The notes beneath the pieces are model-generated. The model ran no database searches. It worked only from the letters and a program-made list of their open reading frames with translations, and had not been told where the DNA came from. Source: Eggerthellaceae bacterium (GTDB taxonomy: Bacteria; Actinomycetota; Coriobacteriia; Coriobacteriales; Eggerthellaceae). Taken from it: DNA of 64,000 bases. Below are positions 44,155 through 53,820 of the stretch, piece after piece. The stretch lies in NCBI GenBank assembly GCA_017459925.1, contig JAFUCC010000002.1, positions 24,400 to 88,399 on the forward strand, given 5' to 3'. Position numbers and translations under genes: made by a program. Position 1 is the first letter of the stretch; the number at the start of each line of letters is the position of its first letter.

Positions 44155-44853
44155 ATGGATGCATTGTTCACTTCGGTGCTCGGCACGACCGAGTCGGCTA
44201 TGACGACGGTGACGACCGCCGGCTTCATGTGGTGCACGCTCGCGTCGATCGTCCTCGGCTTGGTGTGCGCGCTCATCTACATGTACAAGCACGACTACTC
44301 GAAGAACTTCGTCGTGACGCTGGCGCTCATGCCCGTCATCGTGCAGATGGTCATCACTCTCGTCAACGGAAACCTTGGCGCGGGCGTCGCAGTCATGGGC
44401 GTGTTCAACCTCGTGCGCTTCCGCTCGATAGCGGGTACGGCAAAGGACATCGGAAGCGTGTTCCTGGCAATGGCCATCGGCCTCGCGACCGGTATGGGCT
44501 ATATCGGCGTTGCCGCCATCCTCACGGTCGTCGTGGGCGTGTTCAACATCATTTACGTCACGACTCCGTTCGGAAGCCCGCGTGAGTCCGCCAAGAAGAA
44601 GCAGCTGAAGATCACGGTTCCCGAGGACCTCGAGTTCGAAGGCGCGTTCGACGAAGTGCTCGCGAACTACACGGCGACGTGCGAGCTGCAGAACGTCTCG
44701 ACGAGCAACATGGGCAGCTTGTACCAGCTTGAGTACTTGGTTTCCATGAAGGCTGACGGGCTCGAGAAGCGCATGATCGACGAGCTGCGCTGCCTGAACG
44801 GCAACCTGAAGATCTCGCTGGGGTCTCCGCAGATGAAACGCGAAGTCCTGTAA
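44155..44853 (+). CDS. DUF4956-family membrane protein
   Basis: Four predicted TM helices with LVRFRS and GLATGMGYIG motifs, then a soluble tail LKITVPEDLEFEGAFDEVL ... DELRCLNGNLKISL; matches DUF4956 proteins as I recall them. Confidence 0.8.
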   Translation: MDALFTSVLGTTESAMTTVTTAGFMWCTLASIVLGLVCALIYMYKHDYSKNFVVTLALMPVIVQMVITLVNGNLGAGVAVMGVFNLVRFRSIAGTAKDIGSVFLAMAIGLATGMGYIGVAAILTVVVGVFNIIYVTTPFGSPRESAKKKQLKITVPEDLEFEGAFDEVLANYTATCELQNVSTSNMGSLYQLEYLVSMKADGLEKRMIDELRCLNGNLKISLGSPQMKREVL

Positions 44854-44928
44854 GACGCTGGTGTGGGGTTGGTGGGCGATTCCGGAGCGAAATGCTTCAA
44901 GGCGACCAAAGCATCGTCCATCCGCGGA

Positions 44929-44966
44929 AAAACGACCCAGGTGGTTATCCATCTGGGTCGTTTTGC
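44929..44966 (+). terminator. intrinsic terminator after the DUF4956 gene
   Basis: AAAACGACCCAG-12 nt-CTGGGTCGTTTT. Confidence 0.8.
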
Positions 44967-45060
44967 GTTACTATTGGATTCGTAACAAGCGAGTGTCCTT
45001 CTGGCGCTCGTTTCCGTGTTGGTTTCAGCATAAATGCAGCATCGAGTGGAGGAGTGCAAA

Positions 45061-47772
45061 GTGGCTGAGGCAGTCAAGCGCGTCTACAAATTCGGCAAGG
45101 ACGCACGGGGCAACAACGTAACCGAAGGCAATACCGACATGAAATACGTGCTCGGCGGCAAGGGCGCGAACCTCGCCGAGATGGCCAACATCGGCCTGCC
45201 GGTGCCTCCGGGATTCACCATCACGTGCCAGACGTGCATGGAGTATGCAAATGCCGACAACACCTGGCCGGAAGGCGCTCTCGACGAAATCGCCGAGTAC
45301 CGTGCCGACCTGGAAGAGCGCATGGGCAAGCGCATCGGCGACGACGCCGACCCGCTGCTCGTTTCCGTCCGCTCGGGCGCTCCCATGTCGATGCCCGGCA
45401 TGATGGACACCGTCCTCAACCTCGGCCTGAACGACCGTTCCATCAACGGCCTCATTGCCCAGACCGAGAATCCCCGTTTCGCATGGGACAGCTACCGCCG
45501 CTTCATCCAGATGTTCTCCAACGTGGTCATGGGCATCGACGGCGACAAGTTCGAGCATGCCATCACGGCCGCCAAGGACGCCAAGGGCGTCAAGGAAGAC
45601 ACCGAGCTCGACGCCGCCGACCTCGAAGCGCTCGTAGCCACTTTCAAGGGCATCTTCTCCGACAGCGTCGACGCTGCCGAGTACCCCGAGCTCGTCGTTG
45701 ACGGCAAGGTTCAGTTCCCGCAGGACCCGATGGCCCAGCTGAAGCTCGCCATCGAGGCCGTGTTCGGCTCTTGGAACAACCCGCGCGCAACGCTCTACCG
45801 CAAGCAGAACAAGATTGCCGACGACCTCGGCACCGCCGTCAACGTGCAGTGCATGGTGTTCGGCAACAAGGGCGACACATCCGCCACGGGCGTTGCCTTC
45901 ACGCGTAACGCCGCCGACGGCACCAAGGAATTCTACGGCGACTACCTCGTTAACGCCCAGGGCGAAGACGTCGTCGCCGGCATCCGCAACACCTCGCCGA
46001 TCTCCGAGCTGAAGCACGTCTCCGGCCTCGAGACCGCCGGCCAGGAGCTTGAGGACATCTTCGTGCTGCTCGAGAACCACTTCCGCGACATGATGGACAT
46101 CGAGTTCACCATCGAGCAGGGCAAGCTGTTCATGCTGCAGACCCGCGTCGGCAAGCGCACCGCCGCCGCCGCGCTGAAGATCGCCATCGACATGGAGAAG
46201 GAAGGCCTCATCACCAAGGAAGAGGCCGTCATGCGCGTCGCTCCCGAGCAGCTCGACCAGCTGCTGCATCCGCAGTTCGACAAGAGCGCCAAATACGACG
46301 TCGTGGCCCGCGGCCTGAACGCTTCTCCTGGCGCTGCCGTCGGCGCTGCCGTGTTCTCGGCTGAAGCCGCCGTTGCCGCCGCCGAGGAAGGCAAGAAGAC
46401 CGTCCTCGTGCGTTGGGAGACCACGCCCGACGACCTCGCCGGCATGATCGCCGCCGAGGGCATCCTCACCTCGCATGGCGGCAAGACCTCGCACGCGGCC
46501 GTCATCGCCCGCGGCATGGGCGCTCCGTGCGTCTGCGGCGTCGAAGCCTTGAAGATCGACGCTGAGAAGAAGGAAGCCGCCATCGCCGGCACCGACATCG
46601 TCATCAAGGAAGGCGACCTCATCTCGCTCGACGGCACCACGGGCATCGTGGTCCTGGGCGCGGTCGACCTGGTGCAGCCCGAGCTCACCGGCGACCTCGA
46701 CACCATCCTCGAGTGGGCTGACGAGTTCCGCACCCTCGGCGTTCGCGCCAATGCCGACAACCCGGCCGACGCGCAGCTTTCGCGCGACTTCGGCGCGCAG
46801 GGCATCGGCCTGTGCCGCACTGAGCACATGTTCCTGGGCGACCGCAAGCAGATCGTGGCCGACATGATCCTCGCCGAGTCGGAGAGCCCCGAGTATTACG
46901 CGGCGCTTGACAAGCTGTACGATGCACAGCAGGGCGACTACTACGAGATGCTGAAGGCCATGGACGGCCTGCCCGTCATCATCCGCCTGCTCGACCCTCC
47001 TCTGCACGAGTTCCTTCCCTCGGCCCAAGAGCTCGCCATCAAGGTTGCTGTCGACGCCGTGAAGGGCGAACACGACCCCGCGATCAAGAGGCTGCTCAAC
47101 GCTGCCGAGAACATGGCGGAAATGAACCCGATGCTCGGCCTGCGCGGCTGCCGCCTCGGCATCGTCATGCCCGGCCTGTCTGCCATGCAGGTGCGCGCCA
47201 TCGCCACTGCCACGGCGAAGCTGATCAAGGAAGGCTTCGACCCGAAGCCCGAGGTCATGATTCCGCTTGTCTCGATGGAAAACGAGCTCATCTACGTCCG
47301 CAACGAGGCCGAGAAGGCCATCAAGGAAGTCGAAGAGCGCGACGGCGTCGACCTGTCCTTCATCGAAATCGGCACCATGATCGAGTTGCCGCGTGCGGCT
47401 ATCACCGCTGACGAGATCGCCGAGAAGGCCGACTTCTTCTCCTTCGGTACCAATGACCTCACGCAGACGACGTTCGGCTTCAGCCGCGACGACGTCGAGG
47501 GCAAGTTCTTCAAGGACTACGAGAACCTGGGCATCATGAAGGTGAACCCGTTCGCGACAGTCGACGACGGCGTCGTGAAGCTGATCGACATCGCCGTCAA
47601 GGGCGGCCGTTCCACGAACCCCGAACTCGTGACCGGCGTCTGCGGCGAGCACGGTGGCGATCCGGACTCCATTCACAAGTTCCACAAGGTCGGCCTGACC
47701 TATGTGTCCTGCTCGCCGTACCGCGTGCCGGTTGCTCGCCTTGCCGCTGCTCAGGCTGCGCTCGAGAAGTAA
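45061..47772 (+). CDS. ppdK: pyruvate, phosphate dikinase
   Basis: GGKGANLAEM, phospho-His TSHAAVIARGMG, GLCRTEHMF, CGEHGGDP; GTG 45061 behind GGAGGA. Confidence 0.95.
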   Translation: MAEAVKRVYKFGKDARGNNVTEGNTDMKYVLGGKGANLAEMANIGLPVPPGFTITCQTCMEYANADNTWPEGALDEIAEYRADLEERMGKRIGDDADPLLVSVRSGAPMSMPGMMDTVLNLGLNDRSINGLIAQTENPRFAWDSYRRFIQMFSNVVMGIDGDKFEHAITAAKDAKGVKEDTELDAADLEALVATFKGIFSDSVDAAEYPELVVDGKVQFPQDPMAQLKLAIEAVFGSWNNPRATLYRKQNKIADDLGTAVNVQCMVFGNKGDTSATGVAFTRNAADGTKEFYGDYLVNAQGEDVVAGIRNTSPISELKHVSGLETAGQELEDIFVLLENHFRDMMDIEFTIEQGKLFMLQTRVGKRTAAAALKIAIDMEKEGLITKEEAVMRVAPEQLDQLLHPQFDKSAKYDVVARGLNASPGAAVGAAVFSAEAAVAAAEEGKKTVLVRWETTPDDLAGMIAAEGILTSHGGKTSHAAVIARGMGAPCVCGVEALKIDAEKKEAAIAGTDIVIKEGDLISLDGTTGIVVLGAVDLVQPELTGDLDTILEWADEFRTLGVRANADNPADAQLSRDFGAQGIGLCRTEHMFLGDRKQIVADMILAESESPEYYAALDKLYDAQQGDYYEMLKAMDGLPVIIRLLDPPLHEFLPSAQELAIKVAVDAVKGEHDPAIKRLLNAAENMAEMNPMLGLRGCRLGIVMPGLSAMQVRAIATATAKLIKEGFDPKPEVMIPLVSMENELIYVRNEAEKAIKEVEERDGVDLSFIEIGTMIELPRAAITADEIAEKADFFSFGTNDLTQTTFGFSRDDVEGKFFKDYENLGIMKVNPFATVDDGVVKLIDIAVKGGRSTNPELVTGVCGEHGGDPDSIHKFHKVGLTYVSCSPYRVPVARLAAAQAALEK

Positions 47773-47795
47773 ACCTGCACAACAGCGTTTGCAAA

Positions 47796-47825
47796 GGAGC
47801 CTCGCAACTATGCGAGGCTCCTTTT
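47796..47825 (+). terminator. intrinsic terminator after ppdK
   Basis: GGAGCCTCGCA-acta-TGCGAGGCTCC-TTTT. Confidence 0.85.
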
Positions 47826-47833
47826 CATTGTCC

Positions 47834-47942
47834 GATGAGTGGCAGGATGAGTAGCAGGACGTTCCTGCGACTCATTTCCCAGATGTAGTCCAGGCAGTAT
47901 CGTGTTGCGGAAAATGAGTCGCAGGAACGACCTGCTACTCAT
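47834..47942. repeat. family-B paired palindrome (copy B3)
   Basis: Half unit GATGAGTGGCAG, then ATGAGTAGCAGGACGTTCCTGCGACTCAT (47847-47875) and ATGAGTCGCAGGAACGACCTGCTACTCAT (47914-47942); overlaps mnmA stop. Confidence 0.95.
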
Positions 47943-49027
47943 CCTGTTATAGTGCCGCCGCAGATGACGGTGTCGTCGTCGTAGACGACAGCCGCCTGGC
48001 CGGGAGCGCAGGCACGTTGGGGTTCGTCGAACTTGATGCGAATCGAGGTTTCGTTGGTTTGCTCGACGGTTGCCGGACGCGCTGTTTGGCGGTAATGGGA
48101 TTTCACGGTGAGCCGCTCAGGTTGGGAGAGCGCTGCGCGGGCGATGAAGTTCACGTCTTCGACTTCGATAGAGGTGCATAACGTGTTCGCGTCTGTGTCG
48201 ACCACGAGCTCGTTGCGAAGCGGGTCTTTCGCGAAAACGTAGAGCGGCTCGGAAGCGGCAACCCCTATGCCTTTCCGCTGGCCGATCGTGTAGTGAATGA
48301 GGCCTGCATGCTCGCCGAGGATTTTACCCTCGCGGTTCACGATGGCGCCTGGCTCGAATGTCTCGCCCGTGCGCTTCGCGATGAACGATGCGTAATCTCC
48401 GTCGGGCACGAAGCATATATCTTGGCTTTCGGCTTTCTGTGCGTTGATGAAGCCATGCGATTCGGCGAGTTCGCGCACATGCGGCTTCGTGAGCTCGCCC
48501 AAGGGGAAGAGCATGTGGGCGAGGGTGTCCTGAGTTAGGTGGAACAGGACGTAGCTTTGGTCCTTGTTGGCGTCGATGCCGCGTTTAAGCTCGTAGCGGT
48601 TCGTTTCCTCGTTAAAGCAGCGTCGGGCGTAATGGCCCGTGGCGACGTAATCAAAACGAAGTTCCCGGCGTCGCTCTTGAAGCGCCTCGAATTTCACGTA
48701 TCGATTGCAGTCGATGCAGGGGTTAGGAGTCAGGCAATTCAAGTAGCTCTTGCAGAAGCGGTCGATGACGGCTTCGTTGAACGTGCGTGTGAAGTTGTAC
48801 ACGAAATGTGGTATGCCCAGTTCCAGGCAAACCTGCCGTGCGTCCTCGGCGTCTTTGAGCGAGCAGCACGATTTCTCGTCGACGACGCAAGCGTCATCGT
48901 TGTCGAACAGCTTCAGCGTGACGCCTTCCACATCGTAGCCCGCATCACGCAAAACAAGCGCCGACACAGAACTGTCGACACCCCCGCTCATTGCCATGAG
49001 CACTCGTTTGTTCGATGTACCGCTCAT
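47939..49027 (-). CDS. mnmA: tRNA 2-thiouridine(34) synthase
   Basis: PP-loop VLMAMSGGVDSSV, CCSLKDAEDARQVC, catalytic Cys region. Confidence 0.94.
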   Translation of the reverse strand: MSGTSNKRVLMAMSGGVDSSVSALVLRDAGYDVEGVTLKLFDNDDACVVDEKSCCSLKDAEDARQVCLELGIPHFVYNFTRTFNEAVIDRFCKSYLNCLTPNPCIDCNRYVKFEALQERRRELRFDYVATGHYARRCFNEETNRYELKRGIDANKDQSYVLFHLTQDTLAHMLFPLGELTKPHVRELAESHGFINAQKAESQDICFVPDGDYASFIAKRTGETFEPGAIVNREGKILGEHAGLIHYTIGQRKGIGVAASEPLYVFAKDPLRNELVVDTDANTLCTSIEVEDVNFIARAALSQPERLTVKSHYRQTARPATVEQTNETSIRIKFDEPQRACAPGQAAVVYDDDTVICGGTITG

Positions 49028-49069
49028 ACCTAAATCTTACTTGTCGACGTTGTGAAACGGTTCGGCGAA

Positions 49070-49098
49070 TTGAACATCACCCCAGGGGTGATGTTCAA
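49070..49098. repeat. family-A single palindrome (copy A4)
   Basis: TTGAACATCACCCC-A-GGGGTGATGTTCAA, perfect 14-bp arms, abutting the cysK stop and 43 nt upstream of the mnmA start. Confidence 0.95.
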
Positions 49099-49099
49099 A

Positions 49100-50029
49100 T
49101 TAGAAGTCGAATAACGGCGTGGAAAGGTAGCGCTCTCCCGTATCGGGGAGGATCACCACGATGAGCTTGCCTTCGCTTTCGGGACGTTCGGCGACCTTGC
49201 GCGCAGCGCTAACGGCGGCGCCTGCGGAGATTCCGACGAGCAAACCGTCCTTTGCGGAAAGCTCGCGTGCGGCTTCGTAGGCCTCCTCCTCTTGAATGGC
49301 GATGACCTCATCGTAGATGGTAGTGTCCAGCGTCTCGGGCACGAATCCTGCACCGATGCCCTGAAGGCCATGGCTTCCAGCGTTTCCGCCAGACAACACA
49401 GGCGAGTTCGCGGGTTCGACGGCGATGACTTTCACATCGGGGTTTTGCCCTTTCAGGTAGCGGCCGACGCCCGTCAGGGTACCGCCAGTGCCGACGCCGG
49501 CGACGAAGAGGTCAACCTTGCCCTCGGTATCGCGCCAGATTTCAGGGCCTGTCGTGAACTCGTGCGTGGAAGGGTTGGCGGGGTTGGTGAACTGGCTCGG
49601 TATGAACGAGTTTTCGATCTCCGCGCATAGCTCGTTCGCCTTGTCGATGGCGCCCTTCATGCCAGCAGACCCATCGGTCAGGACAATCTCGGCACCGTAA
49701 GCCTTGGCGAGGTTTCGGCGCTCGACAGACATCGTCTCGGGCATCGTCAGGATAAGCCGCATGCCGTGCGTGGCCGCAATGGCGGCGAGCCCGATGCCGG
49801 TGTTGCCCGACGTCGGCTCGATGAGCGTCGTGCTCTCGTTGATGCGCCCGGCGGCGAGGGCCGCGTCGAGCATCGACTTGGCGATGCGGTCTTTGACGGA
49901 ACCAGCAGGATTGAAGAATTCGACCTTGCCGACTATGGTGGCTTTCAGGCTGTGGTTCTGCTCGTAATGCGTCAACTCGACGAGCGGGGTGTTGCCGATG
50001 AGCTCGGCAATGCTTTTGTGAATCGACAT
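49100..50029 (-). CDS. cysK: cysteine synthase A (O-acetylserine sulfhydrylase)
   Basis: [11 protein letters not shown] (PLP Lys), [20 protein letters not shown]. Confidence 0.95.
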   Translation of the reverse strand: MSIHKSIAELIGNTPLVELTHYEQNHSLKATIVGKVEFFNPAGSVKDRIAKSMLDAALAAGRINESTTLIEPTSGNTGIGLAAIAATHGMRLILTMPETMSVERRNLAKAYGAEIVLTDGSAGMKGAIDKANELCAEIENSFIPSQFTNPANPSTHEFTTGPEIWRDTEGKVDLFVAGVGTGGTLTGVGRYLKGQNPDVKVIAVEPANSPVLSGGNAGSHGLQGIGAGFVPETLDTTIYDEVIAIQEEEAYEAARELSAKDGLLVGISAGAAVSAARKVAERPESEGKLIVVILPDTGERYLSTPLFDF

Positions 50030-50170
50030 CCCTCATCCTCCCTCTCATCGGCTCGCCGCCGATGTGCCCGTAGATATGCCAATCGTGAATGTGCGCCCAA
50101 TATTGTACTGGTCTGGGATAATGCGGGAAAGCGAATTCACGTAAAGCCCCACGGGAAGGCGGAAGCGTTC

Positions 50171-51178
50171 ATGGAACTTCATCTTGATAGGCTCCCTCGT
50201 TCGGTTGAGCTCGTGCGCGATGGGGAAGGGCCGCTATTCCGTTATGTTGACGAGCGCCTTCTGCCACACGAGGTCTCGATTTCCGAAACGCGGGATTGGC
50301 AATCGGTCATAGAGGCAATAAAATGCCTTGCGGTGCGAGGGGCGCCGGCAATCGGCATTGCGGGCGCTGCGGCGATGGCGCTTTGGTCGGCTTACGACGG
50401 AAAAGACGTCGAGCAGGCTGCGGCTGAAATCGCTTCAGCACGACCCACCGCCGTCAATTTGCGGTGGGGGGTCAACCGCGCGCTCGAAAAATCCTCTGGG
50501 ATCGAAGGCGATGCGCAAACCGAAATGCTCTACACGCTCGTCAAGCTCATGGAAGCTGAAGACGAGGAGACCAACCGCGCAATCGGGCGGAATGGTTCCG
50601 CCCTCATCGATCCCGGCTCGCGCATTCTCACGCATTGCAACGCGGGCAGCCTTGCGACATGCTATTTCGGAACGGCTCTCGGCGTCGTGTACAGCGCCGC
50701 TGCCGAGGGGAAGGTCGAACGCGTCTATGCCGACGAGACGAGGCCAGTTGGGCAGGGGGCCAGGCTCACGGCATGGGAACTTGCCCAAGTCGGCATACCC
50801 GTAACCCTCATATGCGACAACATGGCGGCGAGCCTCATGGCCGCCGGCAACGTCGACGCCGTTATCGTGGGCGCTGACAGGATTGCCCGAAATGGCGACG
50901 CGGCCAACAAGATCGGCACGTACGGCGTGGCCATTCTCGCAAAAGAGCACGGCATTCCCTTTTACGTTGCAGCGCCGTTTTCGACTGTCGACGCGCAACT
51001 TGCGGACGGCTCGGGCATCGTCATCGAGCAACGACCTGCGCAAGAGGTGTTACCCGAACCGATTGACGGCGTCGATGTTTGGAACCCGGCTTTCGACGTG
51101 ACCCCAGCGCGCTACATCACCAAGATTGTTACGGAAAAAGGCGCATTCTCGCCCGAGGAGCTCGAAGCGCGGCTATAA
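50171..51178 (+). CDS. mtnA: S-methyl-5-thioribose-1-phosphate isomerase / eIF-2B family
   Basis: AVRGAPAIG, ILTHCNAGSLAT, VGADRIARNGDAANKIGTY. Confidence 0.85.
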   Translation: MELHLDRLPRSVELVRDGEGPLFRYVDERLLPHEVSISETRDWQSVIEAIKCLAVRGAPAIGIAGAAAMALWSAYDGKDVEQAAAEIASARPTAVNLRWGVNRALEKSSGIEGDAQTEMLYTLVKLMEAEDEETNRAIGRNGSALIDPGSRILTHCNAGSLATCYFGTALGVVYSAAAEGKVERVYADETRPVGQGARLTAWELAQVGIPVTLICDNMAASLMAAGNVDAVIVGADRIARNGDAANKIGTYGVAILAKEHGIPFYVAAPFSTVDAQLADGSGIVIEQRPAQEVLPEPIDGVDVWNPAFDVTPARYITKIVTEKGAFSPEELEARL

Positions 51179-51187
51179 TCGCAATTC

Positions 51188-51874
51188 GTGTTCACGCTCG
51201 ATAACATACAATCCGCCTTCAAAGCGGCGATTCCCATCATGCTCGGTTATGTCGCCATCGGCATACCGTGCGGAATCCTCTCGGCTTCAATAGGCATGAA
51301 CGCCTTGCAAGTCTTCATGATGTGCGCGTTGTTCTACTCGGGAGCCGGCCAGTTCATGATTCCGAACATGTGGCTCGCTGGCGCGCCGATCGCCTCCATC
51401 ATTCTCTCGGTTTCGTTTGTGAACACCCGGCAGATGCTCTACTCCGCAGCGTTCGCGCCCTGGTTCGAGAAGGCGTCGAAGAAGCTTGCCTTTTGGTTCG
51501 CCGCTACCGTCACGGATGAGAGCTTCGGCGTGAACATGCAGCAGTTCGAGCAAGGCGGCTGGACGCCCCAGCGCGCCACGCTCGTGAACTTGTTCTCCCA
51601 GACGTCGTGGACGGTCTCATGCGTCGTGGGGGTGTTCGTCGGCAACGCCATCGGCATTCCGCTTGCAATTGCGGCGTTTGCCATGACGTCGATTTTCATA
51701 TGCCTGCTCGTCACGCAAGAGCTGACGCCTGCCAACATCGTCGCCGCCGTGTGCGCCATGATCGGCGTGTTCGCCTGCAAGCTCGTCGGCCTGTCGGGCC
51801 CTGCCATTTTCATCGGAGCGATCGTGGGCGTGGCGTGTGCCATCCTCTTCTCGCGCGTGAGGGAGAGGTTGTGA
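51188..51874 (+). CDS. azlC: AzlC-family branched-chain amino acid exporter subunit
   Basis: Polytopic membrane protein, GAGQF motif, followed by a small AzlD-like ORF. Confidence 0.8.
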   Translation: MFTLDNIQSAFKAAIPIMLGYVAIGIPCGILSASIGMNALQVFMMCALFYSGAGQFMIPNMWLAGAPIASIILSVSFVNTRQMLYSAAFAPWFEKASKKLAFWFAATVTDESFGVNMQQFEQGGWTPQRATLVNLFSQTSWTVSCVVGVFVGNAIGIPLAIAAFAMTSIFICLLVTQELTPANIVAAVCAMIGVFACKLVGLSGPAIFIGAIVGVACAILFSRVRERL

Positions 51875-51876
51875 GC

Positions 51877-52209
51877 ATGCAGCCGATTACCTGGACGGGC
51901 TTTTGGATCGTGTTCATCGTCTGCGCGCTGACGATGCTCGCATGCCGCGTGCTGCCGTTATTCCTGCTCAAGGGCCGCGAACTTCCCGAGCGCGTGACGG
52001 AAGCGCTCGGTTTTATCCCGCCTGCCGCGTTCGCGGCGCTCGTCGCAAACGACTTGCTCACGCCCGGCATGTTCGATGCGGGCTTCTGGCCTGCGGGGGC
52101 GCCACTTGTCGCAGCGCTCATCGTCGTGGTCGTCGCCCGCTTCACCAAATCGCTCCTCCTGTCTGCCATTGCGGGCGTTGCGGCATATGCGCTGCTTGTG
52201 ATGATTTAG
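51877..52209 (+). CDS. azlD: AzlD-family small membrane protein
   Basis: 110 aa, 3-4 TM, CRVLPLFLL motif, translationally coupled to azlC. Confidence 0.75.
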   Translation: MQPITWTGFWIVFIVCALTMLACRVLPLFLLKGRELPERVTEALGFIPPAAFAALVANDLLTPGMFDAGFWPAGAPLVAALIVVVVARFTKSLLLSAIAGVAAYALLVMI

Positions 52210-52227
52210 GGCATGAGGAAATCATCC

Positions 52228-52256
52228 TTGCAACGCTGTTGAGGTGGAGATATACT
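52228..52256 (+). promoter_or_regulatory. candidate promoter of rplS
   Basis: TTGCAA-17 nt-TATACT, 66 nt upstream of ATG. Confidence 0.55.
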
Positions 52257-52322
52257 AGCTAATCGCGTCTAGAGACAATTACCGTTGCACGTTTGGTTTT
52301 GAGGGCATAGAAGGAAGACGAA

Positions 52323-52670
52323 ATGGATATCATTCGCGCTATCGAAGAGCAGCAGAAGAAGCAGGACATTCCCGAGTTCCACGTTGGCGACAACGTGAAG
52401 GTTCACTATCGCATCACCGAGGGCAACCGTGAGCGCATCCAGGTGTTCCAGGGCGACGTCATCCGCCGCCATGGTCACTCCAGCCGCGAGACGTTCACCG
52501 TCCGCAAGGTCAGCTTCTCGGTCGGCGTCGAGCGCACGTTCCCGGTTCATTCGCCGAAGATCGACAAGATCGAGGTCACGCGTCGTGGCGACGTTCGCCG
52601 TGCAAAGCTGTACTACCTGCGCGACAAGGTCGGCAAGGCCGCCAAGATCAAGGAGAAGGCGTACCGCTAA
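52323..52670 (+). CDS. rplS: 50S ribosomal protein L19
   Basis: [38 protein letters not shown]. Confidence 0.96.
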   Translation: MDIIRAIEEQQKKQDIPEFHVGDNVKVHYRITEGNRERIQVFQGDVIRRHGHSSRETFTVRKVSFSVGVERTFPVHSPKIDKIEVTRRGDVRRAKLYYLRDKVGKAAKIKEKAYR

Positions 52671-52690
52671 TTCTCAGCTGCGAGAACTTC

Positions 52691-52717
52691 AAGGCCCGCT
52701 GCGAGCGGGCCTTTTTC
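52691..52717 (+). terminator. intrinsic terminator after rplS
   Basis: AAGGCCCGC-tgcga-GCGGGCCTT-TTTC. Confidence 0.85.
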
Positions 52718-52778
52718 ATGCCCGCAATGCGATAATGGGGGCATCGAAACAAACTAGAACGAACAAAGTGGGGCGTTC

Positions 52779-53561
52779 ATGGCAATGACGGTGCCTGAAA
52801 TACGGGAAATGCTGCGCGGGGCCGACGAGCAAGGTCTCGCCGCGCTTGAGCGCTCGCTTGCAGCCGATACGCGTAAGGGCGTGAAAGCGGCCATCGAAGC
52901 AGCTCGCAAGCGCTTGGAGGGCGAGAAGGCCGAATGCGCGCGCGTTGCGGCGCTGTACTCGTTCGAGAAGTCGCTGCTCGATTCCGGGCAGTCGGTCATC
53001 GTTGGGCTCGATGAAGTCGGGCGCGGCGCCGTTGCTGGTCCGCTAGCAGTGGGCGCCGTGGTGCTCCCGCCAGAGCCGATGGTCATGGGGCTGAACGACT
53101 CCAAGAAGCTCACGCCCGAGCAGCGCGAGGCCATAGCGCAAGAGGTGAAAACGCACGCGCTGGCATGGGCGGTCGAGTACGTAGCTCCCGAAGACATCGA
53201 CCGCGATGGGATGACCGCGTCGCTTAAGCGCGCGTTCAAGGGAGCCCTCGACCAAGTCGACCGCATTCTGCCATGCGATCTGGTGATCGTCGACGGGAAT
53301 CCGATTCACATCGACCCGCGCGAGAAGAACGTGATTAAAGGCGATGCGAAATGCGCGAGCATCGCTGCGGCATCGATTGTCGCGAAAGTGACGCGAGACG
53401 CGCTCATGCGCGATATGGCAGCCGATTATCCTGAATACGACTTCGGTGGAAACAAGGGGTATGGTTCTGCACAGCATATCGACGCGATAAAGGCCCATGG
53501 TCTTTCTCCCGTGCATCGCAAAAGCTTCTGCAGGTCGTTCATGCAGGAGAGCCTCTTCTAG
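52779..53561 (+). CDS. rnhB: ribonuclease HII
   Basis: GLDEVGRGAVAGPL, DSKKLT, ASIVAK. Confidence 0.93.
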   Translation: MAMTVPEIREMLRGADEQGLAALERSLAADTRKGVKAAIEAARKRLEGEKAECARVAALYSFEKSLLDSGQSVIVGLDEVGRGAVAGPLAVGAVVLPPEPMVMGLNDSKKLTPEQREAIAQEVKTHALAWAVEYVAPEDIDRDGMTASLKRAFKGALDQVDRILPCDLVIVDGNPIHIDPREKNVIKGDAKCASIAAASIVAKVTRDALMRDMAADYPEYDFGGNKGYGSAQHIDAIKAHGLSPVHRKSFCRSFMQESLF

Positions 53562-53820
53562 CATATCTCGAGAATAGTTTTGCGCATCAGGCGCGGCTTA
53601 AAGCCGAATCGGCGACGATTCGGTTAGGCGAAGTGCGGCACTTCCGGCGAAAAGAGCGGCTGCGTACACGTCGGCCGCGTCATTGAAACGCGCAAAGGCG
53701 CAAGCCTCTCGGCAGCTGTCCTCGCGTGACGTCCCTTTTATCATCGCATCCCATCAGTGAAAACAAGGGCGCGAATACGCGTCCGGGTGACAAGGCTTCG
53801 AATGGCGAAGCTGAAGGGAG

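Noticed and set aside
53562-53820. 260-nt GC-rich spacer between rnhB and yraN with small hairpins (CCGAATCG..GATTCGG, GAAGTGC-g-GCACTTC), considered as a possible ncRNA.
   Set aside because: I see no promoter or terminator and no similarity to any RNA family I can recognise. The evidence is too weak to report without expression data.
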